64,000 nt of DNA from NCBI GenBank assembly GCA_964187785.1, contig OZ076409.1, positions 8,434,001 through 8,498,000 of the forward strand, written 5' to 3'. The DNA is from Amphiscolops sp. MND2022 (taxonomy: Eukaryota). The notes under the pieces are model-generated. The model saw only the letters and a list, made by a program, of their open reading frames with translations. It ran no database searches and was not told the DNA's origin. Positions 23,342 to 35,792 of this stretch are shown piece by piece. Numbering within the stretch: position 1 is the first letter of the stretch; each line of letters opens with the position of its first letter. Position numbers and translations under genes: made by a program.

Positions 23342-23747
23342 CAGGGGTTGAACAAATATATCTGAAAATTATTTTCACAAAAAAATATTTATATTTTTAA
23401 GTCTTGAACTAAATACTTGCAAACATTTTGCTGTGTTATTGAATAGAAACAACGATTATTGCAAATTTGTTTAAGCAGTAATTTGCTGATTTACAATTGA
23501 AATATCCCAAAAACTGCGTTTTACCGCTAGAAAAAGTTGGCACTCAAGATAAAAAGGAATTAGAGCCTTCTGATAGTCTGAAAGTACAAATTTTGCGCGG
23601 CTAAAAACCACTCGACGACATCAAATGGAACCCAATCCAGAAATAATTGTTATTCGAAAAGAAATTATTATTTTGAAAATCTCAAAAAATGTTGTATCGT
23701 ACTTTATTGCCATTATTTCAAAATAAATAATTTATTGGTAACCCCTG
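23342..23747. mobile_element. Possible MITE with CAGGGGTT... terminal inverted repeats
   Basis: CAGGGGTTGAACAAATA and TTTATTGGTAACCCCTG; no clean TSD. Confidence 0.4.
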
Positions 23748-23858
23748 CTAGTCAACGGTCGTTTGAAATGACTCAAAGTTCCCGCGAAAAACCGTGCATT
23801 TTGTTTGGCTTTATGCGACATTTTCATTTCAAATAAAAACCTTGTTCTTAATGATGAA

Positions 23859-26174
23859 TGTCACGTCCCGCTCCCGGATGTGGTTGTGATTTCTGCTACG
23901 TATTGGGAAGAGGCAGAGGACGAGGGTACTGCAAGTACCATTAGAACCAAACTGCCAAACAACCAGACTAACGATAACGAGTAAGCTAATTTAATTCTAC
24001 TAACAGTACAGCTAAATTATTTGTAGATAATTTTCAGTTACAAAATACGACGTAAACGCCACGGAATATTTTCAGAAACGATTTTGGACTAACTAAAACT
24101 TCCGGTCTAATGTTTTCACGCGCAACGCTATTTCTAATTTCCGCTTTCATCTTCCGGTTTTTCCATACCAATCTAAATACTAAAACAAGGACATTTTCTA
24201 AAACGAGATCATTTTCTTTTCTGCTCCACACTAAAATGAAAACATTAACAATAAAATTTAACTCCGAGATCCCAACGGAATTCATACGATCTGAAACGAA
24301 AGAACATACAAAGTATAGTGGAATTGTTTTTCCAGTATTAAAGTAGTTGTCAAAATCCACTTACAACCTCAGTCAAGTGATTTTAAGCAAATGTTTACAA
24401 CGTTATGACAGCGTCAAACAACTAAAATAGTAATGGGTGTTTCTATTTTTACGGACCAATAGCGTTGCTTCTCAACTGAAATATTTGAGCTCATGCCGAT
24501 AGAATTACGCTTGGTTGCCCTAGCAACGCCAATTAGCTAAGAGAAAAAGAATGAAATCGCCTACGCCCTCCGCTTTCTTTCCATCAGCCACCGCTGCTCA
24601 GCTGTAACCAACCTTAATACGTACGGAGCAAGTACGGAGCGAATTGTAAAATTGTTTTCCGCCGCTCAGCTATAACCAATCTTAATACGTACGGAGCATC
24701 AACGGAGCGAACTGTAAAATCGTAGTTATGAAGTATTGATATAAATGAATTTCAAACGAAGTTTTTCCTGAATCGACGCATCTAAAAGAATATCAGAAGT
24801 AAATCTTCATGCCAGAAAAGCTGTACTGTAGAGAAGAATTAAAAACTACGTTTTAAATATCAATGATATTGTGCTATTACATTAGTCCCATAGTCACGTT
24901 TACCTTACGTTACACTAGGATTTTTCTTCCACTTAGTAGTAACTAATCAACCATAGAGATATTCCACAGAATGTAACGTAAGATCAACTTCAACTCAGAA
25001 CCAAGCGCCATCTCTGTAGCCAAATTACCCTAATGGTTGAAGCTAGCACTCTAAAGTTCAATTGACATCTGGATCGAATATTATTCTGTTTGTTTGTGCA
25101 TTAAAAAACCGATGTTTGCGAAGTATATTACCCTACTCATTTGTAATTCGAATTTTGAACTTTTGCATTCACTTCGGTATGGCCACGTATAGGTCAAAGT
25201 TGAGTTCTGATGTAAATGTATTCGGTTAAATGATGCAATTAGTTGTCGGTCATCATTATGTCTTTCTAGCATCGTTTGTTCCCCGGAGTATCTAAATATT
25301 CACATTCTCAAATTTTCTTTGCTCCGTTTCAATTTCCGTCACAATTTTGGCGAGTCATTCTTTCGCTTCAAATCTCAACTTGGAAATTGACTAATTGATC
25401 ACGCCGGCGTGCCTACGCTGATGAAAATGCCAACTAGACTTTTATTTTGCAGCAATTTTGAAGAGCAAACAGGAAAAGGAATTGCCTGAACAAAAGTGAT
25501 TTCAACAAAGTCTCCAGAATAGCGACGCAACTAGGAATTTAGGTACCTGATTTTTTGACGCAGAACTGAAATAATTTGAATCATAAGCGCTGTTTGATGA
25601 ACAAACCTGATTTTTATGATACCTAGGAATTTTTAGGTGAGGAACAAATAATGCTGGAAAAGTTAATATAGGTTGATAAATGTATGTAGTCAATTTTGTA
25701 ACTGTTTTGTGTTCAACCGTTCCGTTACAATAACGAAAAACTTTTCTTTGAAGAATTCACCGATCCTAAAGATCTCATTTTCTTTCAATTAAAAATGACC
25801 ACTAGAAGTCAGACGATGAGGGCTCTAGCAGAACTAGTTTCTGGAGATTTTGAAGCTTCCATAGCTGAAAGTAACCCGTCTGAGAATCTTGTAGCTGGAC
25901 CTAGTAAAATTCCTAGAGTAGAACCTGAGAATCTCGAGGAAATGAAAAACATCTTTGAGAAAAGAAATTATGTCAGACCTGACAAAAATACTCGCTGAAA
26001 ATCAAAAGGAAATGCTCAAATTAATAGCACCTTTGAATAAAAAACAGCCTACCTGTTCGAATGTTCAAGACTCTGACTCTGAACCAGAAAACATCTCTGT
26101 AGCGAGAACGTCCACACCCGTGAAAGCATACACTGCGACTAGTTCTAAAACAACACCGAACAATAGTCGTAACA
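23859..26174 (+). mobile_element. Solo LTR of a second Gypsy-like family (2316 bp)
   Basis: TGTCACG...CGTAACA termini; exact 5-bp TSD ATGAA (23854-23858 and 26175-26179); gag-like N-terminus MTTRSQ... (25795, frameshifted) runs to the LTR end; internal about 65-bp tandem duplication at 24592-24720. Confidence 0.88.
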
Positions 26175-28128
26175 ATGAAAATTTTCAATAAGATGAGCTG
26201 ATTTTGCTTGAATTGTAGAACTTTGAACAACTACTTTGACGAGGCGATTCACACAAAACACCAAAACCTAATCGATTCATACTCTTGTGTTACATGGAAG
26301 CAGCGACTAAACCCCTCCAGATCTTGAGCTTCTAAAATCTGCAAAAGAAATTGATATTGCACTGTTTGAGCTGTTAAGTGCCATTTCGTGTTGTTCCTAG
26401 TTCCGTTTTAGTCAGACTTTTCATAAAAAAAGCATGACTTTCAAAGTGACGTCTTTTTTCAACAGTAGCTTTGATCGGTCCACTTTTACGGAGCACTGTT
26501 GGAGCAATGATTCATATGGCCGCCTTGACCCAGCACGTTATTTCCGAACTTTTGACGTTTGTGTTTTACTGAGGAGTAGGAGGATCGAATTGTGTCAGTT
26601 TTCGGCACAATGCGAAATAGCGAAGATTGTTAAAAAAAACTTCCATAGAACTTTTTTTTGAATCATTTTTTTCTTTTTTGTTTAGAATTCCTCTATGAAG
26701 GACCTTTTGAGTCCTAAAGGTGACCTGATTGAACCTTTTTTGGTCCTGTGGAGCTGATGAGGGTTTTCTCATTAAGTCTTAACGTATTTGTTGGCACTGC
26801 GTGACATTTTTCGGAGAATTTTTGTTTGGTCAAATTGTATCCTCCATTTTCATAAGCTTTTGGCAATAGCAAAGCTTAATGCGAGCCTAAAGCTCCATTT
26901 TTCGAGTTATTTTTCAAAAAAATTCTAAAGAAATTAACTGTTCATAAAAATGGGTTCTTGTTGTTTCCGATTGGGGGAAAATTGGTTTTCGAGACTTATG
27001 TGTATCCCTCGTGTCTTTTTCGGCATTGTAAAATTCATCAAGTTTTGACAATATTGTCCTTTGCATAGTTGTGAAGCTTGGGTATTTGAAACTTCTGAAT
27101 CTTGGGCCGCTATTGGCTTGTTCGGATTTAAATTTGATCACTGAGTTTTGTTGTCTTTTTTTGTTTCACGAAAATTACGAAAAAATAATTTGTTCACTTG
27201 CACACGAAAAACTAATATATTTGAAAGTATAAAATCAAATTCTCTGACCACTATGAAGTATATAGCCTTTAGTTTCATGAAATACACTTGGGTACCAAAA
27301 AGCTAAAATTACTCTAATTCAAACAAGAAATTCAAAGCGCAAAACCTTATACATATTCAAGTGACACAAAAGTCCCAGAACAAAAATGTTTGCAAATTTT
27401 AATTAGAATTACAGGTGTAGTTTTTGTTTTGATATAAAAAAATAACAGAACCTATTTTTTACTTTCGTAATTTGCCGAAAAGTATCATGCAAAATCTCGA
27501 GATTCGCTTTTCGAAACAAACATTGTTTGCCACAAACGATCTACGTTTGATTTCGTTATCTAACTTTTTCTAGAAACGACGCCTTCTCAAGAAATTTACT
27601 CCCCAAAATGATCACAAATTTAGGTCTCACACAACAAAGTGATACCAAAATGCCGACTTAACTCTGTGAAAATACCGATTAGGTAGAAGTTCAACTGCTC
27701 ATTTTCCAAGAAAACGTTTTTCTGAAAAGTTTCAAATTAAAAGTTGAAAAACGGTTTAAAGGCTACAAAAATCATCAAACGAGGTGTTCTTTCTGACTAC
27801 GTATTGTTGGGATAATACATAATGGTTTCGGAGATTTTAAAATCGCAAAACCCATGTATTATAATTTTTGAAATTTTACTCGACTTTGAAACAAAACACA
27901 CTGCTGTAATTCCGATTAAAGTTTGAGAGACTTTTGCACCTGAGATTTGTTTGTAAAATGAATAAGTTAAAAGGTAGAAAAAGCACGACTTTTACAGTGA
28001 CTAGTTTTGTATCCAGTAGCTTTGATCAGTCCACTTTTACGGAGCTCAGTGATTCATACGGCCGCCTTGACCCAGCACGCCATATCCGATATCCGAACTT
28101 TTGAAGTTATATCCGAACTAAATTGTGT

Positions 28129-28335
28129 GGATCTTTCCTGTTAATTCCCCCCACAGTAAGCGCGGAAATTTTAATTCCCCACCACTATCAGCGATGAGTT
28201 TCAGTTGCAGTTAGAGTTATAAAATATTGCAATTTGATTGGTTGTTACTATTAATTCAATGATAATTTCTCTTGGCCGCTTAACTGGGGGGAATTAAATT
28301 GGTGGGGGAGGGGTGTAAATTAACAGAAAAGATCC
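28129..28335. mobile_element. MITE with GGATCTTT... TIRs and 8-bp TSD
   Basis: GGATCTTTCCTGTTAATT and AATTAACAGAAAAGATCC; TSD AATTGTGT on both sides. Confidence 0.8.
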
Positions 28336-28433
28336 AATTGTGTTTTACTAAGAATGAGGAGGTTCAAATTGCGTCAGTTTTCGGCACAATGCGAACTGGA
28401 CTTGTTTCGAATACAAAAGTTGAAACTGTTTCA

Positions 28434-28633
28434 AGATGTTTTCTGTTAATTCAGCGCCGCCAATTTAATTCCCCCCCCCCCAGTTAAACAGTCAAGTGAA
28501 ATTATCATTGAATTAATAGTAACAACCAGTCAAACTGCTGTATTTTTAACTCTAACTTTAACTGAGACCCATCGCTCATATTGGGGGAATAAAATTTTTC
28601 GCGCTTACTGTGGGGAATTCACAGAAAAGATCC
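28434..28633. mobile_element. Second, inverted copy of the same MITE
   Basis: Reverse-complement homolog of 28129-28335; TSD CTGTTTCA/CTGTTTAA. Confidence 0.72.
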
Positions 28634-29684
28634 CTGTTTAAAAAAATGAACCCAAAAAGGTCAAGCTCGAATTTTTATCTCCAGCTACGGCTTGCTATTA
28701 AAATGGTTCGACTTTTATGAAGACTTTTATGAAGCTCAGCTGATGCTGTCTAAAGAACAAGTGGAGACATTGGTATGGATTACATAATGTGTGATGACGT
28801 AACTAAGTCTTCACGGTTTTGTGAACCTGTCTGAAAGAAGTGATAAGTACATACTCTCTAAATACGACGTTGATCTATCTACATCTGCGTTTGTTCACAT
28901 CGCAAGTTCACTTAACCATTTTTCCACATTTCCCTGGCATTCCGGTAACATCTGTATTTAGTATCTTGGCATACTTTTGTGCCACATAATATGGTACATA
29001 GTAAACCACAGTTCACAAGGTTTCACGTTTCGTTCAACACGTAAATTCGTCGTCTGTATTTTAGCTTTTTCTAAAATCCTTCCACACCGCAGTGAAAAAC
29101 GTTTGTGTTTTTTCATGCAAAACGTGAAAATTGCGTGACTGTACTAACTAAATACCGCGTTCAGGACTGGATTTGGTAATGGTGCTTCGAAACAACATTG
29201 CGGTGGAGTTGGAATCTTGAGGAAAACGAAAACGAAAACGAAGGGAAAACAGGAATAGAGCAAGCATGGATATTATTAACATGCAACCATTATCGCGTGC
29301 GATGTCCTCCTCACACGGATTCGAAAGACATCGTGTAAGTATTTTAGAAAATTTTAGAAAATTCATACATAATCCAGTCATGTAACAATCAAATTCCCTT
29401 TCAACCAGAAACTATTTGCACGCCAGTTATTTTCGCTCCGCAAAAGACGTTTTATTTCAGGCGTGACGAGAAACAAGCCATTTAGGTATGATGGCTATCA
29501 AATAACTAGTTCATTGCCTTTAGATAACTTTTTAAAAAGTTTACTTGCATTTTTTCATTATAATATATTACTTTTTCCAGTACTTGTTCATTCACTTGAA
29601 AAAAAAACATTTTGATGCAATCTAAACTTTGAGCCGGGTTTCAATTCAAAAATCGAACAGCTATTTTGTTTTTGCCAGCACTTA

Positions 29685-30075
29685 CTGTTTTTTTTGCTAT
29701 TATAAGGCATGTCTTCTTGTAATTGTAGGGTGATTTACAGACAGTTAAATTGCCTTGTAACACTTATATTTCGCTTAAATTTACCTCTTATAAACGGGGA
29801 CGCTTTACATTAGAGGACTGTCTTACGTACCACAATTTAGGGAAGTCGTTCGAAAAAGATTTATCAGCAATTTCAGATTCAATATCCACCTATTATAAGC
29901 TTCTCTTCTAAAACTAAACGCAGATTAATCAAAAATCAAGACGTCAATGGATTTTCAACAGTTGACTCACCTCATTCTTCCATAGGGTACGGTTTTTTGG
30001 CTGTGGAAAAATTACGCCTCATATCTAGGGGTAGTACTTACTTTTGGAGCATGCCTTATAATAGCAAAAACACGG
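29685..30075. mobile_element. Tc1/mariner-type MITE
   Basis: About 26-bp TIRs (CTGTTTTTTTTGCTATTATAAGGCATG and CATGCCTTATAATAGCAAAAACACGG) flanked by TA. Confidence 0.7.
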
Positions 30076-30153
30076 TAGGTTTTCAGTGATTCACGATGCC
30101 AAGATATTGGACCACTTATTACTCAAACAAAGCAAGTTATTCAACTGTTCAAT

Positions 30154-30466
30154 CAGAGTTTTGACACCGCTAATTAGCGATTAAGCGGCCGCGCAGGAAT
30201 TTTATAAGCGGTTTTATTAGCGATTCGAATCAGCGGCAACTGAAAAAAATGTCCAAAATCTCAAACTCTTACCCTTGTGAAACCCACACAATATGAAAGA
30301 TAACAGTCTATTTTTCTTGTAAAACTAAATTAGGTTATCAATAATTTTTGAAAGATACTTGAAGTCAAACATTCAATAGTTTGGAGGAAAACTTTTTCAG
30401 CGAAATAGCGATTTTTAAATTAGCCGTTAAGCGATTAGCGGAAGAATTAGCGATGTCAAAACCCTG
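30154..30466. mobile_element. hAT-type MITE, copy 1
   Basis: TIRs CAGAGTTTTGACACCGCTAAT and ATTAGCGATGTCAAAACCCTG; 8-bp TSD TGTTCAAT. Confidence 0.88.
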
Positions 30467-31689
30467 TGTTCAATGGATTTTCATTATTAGTAAATGAAGT
30501 TATGACTGATTAAAGTTTAATTCGTTAAATAATTTTAGCTGGAGCCCAGAACGCTTACGGAATCCGATTTGATGCGGTCAGTCTCAGTTTTGAGTGAGTA
30601 ATTTGTTAAATGTTCTTCAATTTTTTAAAAAGTTCAATTAAACTCGTTCTTTCTTTCATGTTTTCTAGCAGCGACATTTTTTTCATCAAAAATGTATTGA
30701 ACCTAAAAGTATTTTTCAAGTCAATTGATCACTGCACGAAATTTCTTAAAATACAAAATTTGCTTTCTCTCTAAATGAACTCGAATGAGCTCAAACTTCC
30801 TGGAAAATTTTTCACACTGAACGCTATAGAAGCAGGGAGTCAAAAGTACAAAAACAGTTGAAAGTCGAGATTTTAGGAGTAGTTTTCGAAAAACAAAAGC
30901 TTAGGTGATTCGATATTTTGACACGTTTTTGTATCAAGAAGTTTTTGATCTAATAGAGAACTATTACTAGTTGATATCCAAATTAATTGTCAGTTTTTAT
31001 TAAATGTCGGAACATCTTTATTTGGAAGGTGATCTCTTACCTTTAGTCGAAAGCACCTTTTTACAAGTTTCTTGCTTAAATGTTTATTATTGTAAATGTT
31101 ACTTACAAGGTTAGCATATGAGTAACAAGTGAACATTGGAGTTACGGCAATTATCTCTGCATGACGCGAAATATTCCATTTCTGACAACCACAATTTTTT
31201 TCTTTAGTTTTCCATATTTGTGATTGTTTTCATGTTCTTTCAAAAAATGGCTCTCGCTAAGACCCTACTGTGGAATAAAAATTGCATCACAATCAGTTGG
31301 GAGTACCCTAATCAAAAGTTTTAATTGGTTGCTCCAATTAATATGATACCTGTTGGTATCGAAACCATGTCTCAGGGACAAATCAAAACTTACCTGAAAA
31401 ACTTTGCTAAACTATATATTCCGGATAGTAGTGGAATTTTCACGTTTTTTTCCATTGAAAAGTTTGGTCGCCACCCAAGGAAACCCGTAGTATCTTTCAT
31501 GTTAGAAACTAATAAGAAATATAATTCTAGTGTGTAATAATTAGAGGTTGTTGATGACTACTGAATCAATATGACTTGATCTGACTTTTGGTTCACTCTT
31601 GTGCCGGGGCAGAAACTCGAAGAGTTGATCATGCTTTTTTTCTTTTTGAACGATTTTAAATTTCGTTATGATGAGTATCAAGCTTGTTT

Positions 31690-32064
31690 TTAGTCGTCGC
31701 ATTTTAGTAAAAAATGTGCCCGACTCTTACAGTGGGTAGTTTTTTTAGACACGAAAGGTCCACTTTTTTGTTCAGTTCATTTGTTCAACAACTTGGGAAG
31801 GGTTCAAAACGCGGAAGTTCAAAACACTCGAAATCTCAAAACCTTGTTTTCAGTTCACGCTGATTGGTTCATTTTTGTTCATTTGTTCAACTTTTTAGCC
31901 GAGATATTTTAGTTCCGATACAACGTTTCAAAGTTCGGATATGACGTTTTGAAAGTTCGGATATAACGTTTTCTTTTCTCGTATAGCATTATCGATTTTT
32001 CCCTAAACATCACAACTTGTTGAACCTTGGATATGGCGCCGACTTGGGCCGGTCCCGGCTTGTT
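31690..32064 (+). mobile_element. Helentron/DINE-1-like non-autonomous repeat
   Basis: 5' sub-TIR AGTCGTCGC with partial inverted copy CCGACT; 3' sub-TIR GCGCCGACT then hairpin GCCGGTCCCGGC and TTGTT; T-rich flanks. Confidence 0.65.
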
Positions 32065-33729
32065 ATATAAATATATAAACGTATGTATAAATATATAAAT
32101 ATATATAAACGTTCAACGAAATGGAAACTTTTAACTTTCGTGTAATGATTTCTTCAAAAAAGAGTCCACTGAGTATGACACCGAGTTTTTCGACAGACTA
32201 TTTAACTTGTAACACATAGGATCAAAGTTACAGGGGTTTTTCTCAAACTTGGAGACTTCGTTCACTTTAATCTGATTTTGCCAGAAACATTGTCTGAAAC
32301 ATCTTGTCTAAATATAAATAGCCTTTAACGTGGTTCTTGTAAGTTTTCCAACTTTGTCAGGATACAAAAACAATTAAAAGACCAAGTTGTACTAAAAACG
32401 TCACTGCCTTCTTCAATTAATTCAATTAATGTCTTCATTCAATACGGTTCATTTATATAGAGCTCTGAAGCTATTTGAATGAACTCAGTTTTCTCTCTCG
32501 AAACAGTTCTCATTATCTTTCAGCTGACAATCGAAAATCGGGTAACCTCAAAGGAATTTTCTACAACTCAATAAAGGAGATAACTGATGAAAGCTATCTC
32601 GAGTTTAATGTGCGTCGTCAATTAATGTTTTTTTAACAATGTTTCCGATAATTTTCAGCTGACGGGGTCTGAAAGTCTACACAACCTCTTTTCGTCAGTG
32701 TCACCTGTTTATGTCGGTCAAAATATATGAAGCGAAGTGTGAAATTTTGGATTCTTTTCGCATATGCTGAGCTTTTTGATGGCATAATAACCGACGCTAC
32801 TTATTGTTCTAATCTATGGATAAGGTAAGGAAAAACATAAATCAATAAGTATAGTTTTCTTTGTATCGAATTAAGCATGATCAAAAAAAATACAAAAATT
32901 GAGAAAAAAATCACTTTATGGATATTTTTGATAACGAGTAGGTTGTTTTTCGTTGAGTTCTGTGGGTCTGCGAAAACATTCAAAAAAATATATTAAACTT
33001 GTATAAACGACCAAAATTCAACAAGTTTCAGCGTTTTTAGGTTCTTCTTGGCGCATTGAAGATATTTTTTTTCATAAACGTTTCAGAATTTGGATGTATA
33101 GATGATATCTATTTTAACTAATAAATTCATGTTTTTATGTTACTGTGTTTTCGATTTTTTTTGAAAGTTCATTTCATGAATGTTTACAACTGGGTTTGAA
33201 AATACTCTGAAAAAAGCCTCGAATTGGTTAAAGCAACACATTCTCATACCGATGAATATAGCAAAAATGACGAAAGCTCAAATTGATACACATTCGAAGA
33301 AAAAGATAGTCTCGACGTATTTGATGGGTTGGAGTTACGGAATCTTTTTTCGAGAGACAATCACCTGATGTGAATAAATTAGACCAAATGTTCAGAGAGT
33401 TTAAAAATCAAATGTTTGAGAATAAAAATCAAAACACCATTTAATTCATTCAATACTGTCCTCACAAATGAACTGTAAAATGTCCTCTCCCTCAAATTTT
33501 GATTGTACTTTCAAAATGACTGGTTCCATGAGACAGAGACTCGAAGAGCTTACAAGCTCATTCTCTGTCCCAACTGAGTGGTTGTATGTGTTTCATTTTT
33601 ATTTTCCGCCCTACAATTTTATTTGTGTATGGGGGAAGAAAATCATAATCTGTGTTGCGTTTTTTTAACCAATTCTGCCAAATCTCCACGATCTCCATCC
33701 ACTTCAGTTAGTACTTAATTTAGTTATTT

Positions 33730-33875
33730 TGGCTCAGTTGGTAGTGCATCCGTCTATCAGGCAGTAGATCGTGGGTTCGACTCTCACTTTCGGCTGACTT
33801 TTTTTATGAAAACAGAAAATGTCCCGGTACTTAGCGGGCAACGTTTTTTTCAATAAATGTTACATACAGCCCTTC
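33730..33875 (+). mobile_element. tRNA-derived SINE
   Basis: A-box TGGCTCAGTTGG, B-box GGTTCGACTC; tail CCCGGTACTTAGCGGGC shared with copies at 52709 and 53036. Confidence 0.65.
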
Positions 33876-33907
33876 TGTTGAATGAATCACACTTTCTATG
33901 GTTTCAG

Positions 33908-34241
33908 GTGCTGAAGGGGACTTGGGGGGTTCAGAGTACTTCCTCTTCCCAGGGGCCAACGGGGAGAACCTGTTCGTCAAGGTCGTTGACGACATGGCCC
34001 TGGAGCCGAAAAGAAAAGAACTGGAGGCCCGAAAGAAGGCCGCTGCCGGAACCGCGGGGTCAAGAGGTCGAGCTCCGAGCAAAGGGTCAAGTTCAGGTTC
34101 GGGTTCTGATCAGAGTGACAAAAACAGGAGGTCAAGGTCAGCTGGGAGCATTTACTCGAACAAGAGGTCACGCAACTCTCTTCATCACCCCTCACCGGTG
34201 GCCAGTTATATCAACCAATCAGATTCGGGCAGGGGGTCACG
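33908..34241 (+). CDS. Isolated internal coding exon of an unidentified host gene (Ser/Gly/Arg-rich)
   Basis: GC-rich open frame bounded by TTTCAG| and |GTAAGC (phase 1 in, phase 2 out): GAEGDLGGSEYFLFPGANGENLFVKVVDD...SGRGSR. Confidence 0.65.
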
Positions 34242-34262
34242 GTAAGCACGAACTGTTATTTG

Positions 34263-34522
34263 TTTTTAGTCGGCGCTTTTTTGAGAAAAGAGTCGACTGT
34301 AGTCATGGCTTTTCGTCAGTGTTTTTTTTCGATACACCTGGAATGACCAAAATAGTTCTACCAAAATTTTTCCTAGTAACATACAATTCCGCACGAGACT
34401 AAAGGGTTCCCCTTTCAGTTTTTTTGGCTTTCCGATACTTTTTTCGGAAAAAAATTCCTCAAAGGGTCCCCAATTCCTCAATATTTTAACACTGTGAAGT
34501 CCTTTTGCTATTTTTGAGCCTT
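34263..34522 (+). mobile_element. Helentron/DINE-like repeat, 3'-truncated
   Basis: TTTTTAGTCGGCGC start; internal similarity to 46739-47336 (reverse). Confidence 0.55.
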
Positions 34523-35055
34523 GTGAATTTATATGTCTTGGATTGAACTTTCTCGGCCTTTCAATTCACCTTTTGTTACTTTTAAAGGTCCTTTTTTGAT
34601 AATCCATTAACTATTTTCAACTCCATTTAACAAGCGGCTTGTTTTTCTTTGCTGAAGGAAGAACATCATTTGACTGCTCAATGTTTAATAGTGTGGGCGG
34701 AAAGAAAGTGCTATCCCAAGGTTCTTCTCTTCATTAAAACCTTTTCGATAATTGCAACTCAAATTTCGTAAATGTTGGCGGTTTTCCAAGGTTTTTCCTT
34801 TATTAAAATCCGTTTGCAACTAGACACTCGGATATCGTAATTTGACATTATAAGGGACGTTCTTCTGATGTAACAGGAGATAATGAATGACAAACTTGGT
34901 AATTTTGTACCATCAATAGAATTTCCAGTCAAATGTCACCACAAGCCGCCATGGTCATTACGAGACCAGTTAGAGGTGATATAATTTAGAGAGAAAAAAG
35001 AAATCAGAAAAGAATGCTCCCATTAAGGCAACTGCGTCCATAATATAGGTCAAAA

Positions 35056-35500
35056 CAGGGGTGTTCAATATTTTATTCGAATATTATTATTACCGAAAAA
35101 TAAATAATTTTATTTTCAGGGTGGAAAAGTAAATAATTTTACTACTTTTTTGCTAAAATAATTATTTTTATTCTCAGCGAAAAACGGATATCAACAAAAA
35201 CTTAAATTAGTCATCCATAATCAGGCCAAAACGCGGCGACATGGCTTTTTTAATGGACTTTTCGACCTTCTGAGTCAGTAGCCCAAGGTACTGGACAAAG
35301 GTATTTCAGATTTGTACAAGATTTGTGTATTTTCGAATTTAATTGGCTAAAGATATGTTAAATTAAACGCTCAAGAAGAATTATTTTCATTTTAACAGGT
35401 CCAAAAATAATTATTTTTATTCAATTGAGTGTAAAAATAAATCATTTTATTTTATTTATTATAATCATTCTTACCCATAATTATTTATTGAACACGCCTG
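35056..35500. mobile_element. hAT-type MITE (different family)
   Basis: TIRs CAGGGGTGTTCAAT and ATTGAACACGCCTG; TSD GGTCAAAA/GGTCAGAA. Confidence 0.75.
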
Positions 35501-35792
35501 GGTCAGAACCTATGTCCCAGGAAAACTTGTCAAACCAGTGCTTTCATTTCCTTGAATGGAAAAAATTCTAACTTCCTCACAACTTTCATTTTCTCGTAAC
35601 GAGATTTTGACGTCATTTTAATGCACGTCATGGTCTCAAAAAATCTATATACTCATGCTAACATTATCCTTCTCTGGAAAGCGATCGTTTTCATGATTGA
35701 AGTTTCGAACATCAATTTGAAATCTCAAAATTCTGTATGTTACAAAACCCATAATTTTTTATAGACGCCATGAAAAAATTTTTCAAAAGGGT

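Noticed and set aside
33730..33795. tRNA gene (also about 52708-52780)
   Set aside because: A and B boxes are present but there is no convincing acceptor stem, and a shared non-tRNA tail follows, as in SINEs
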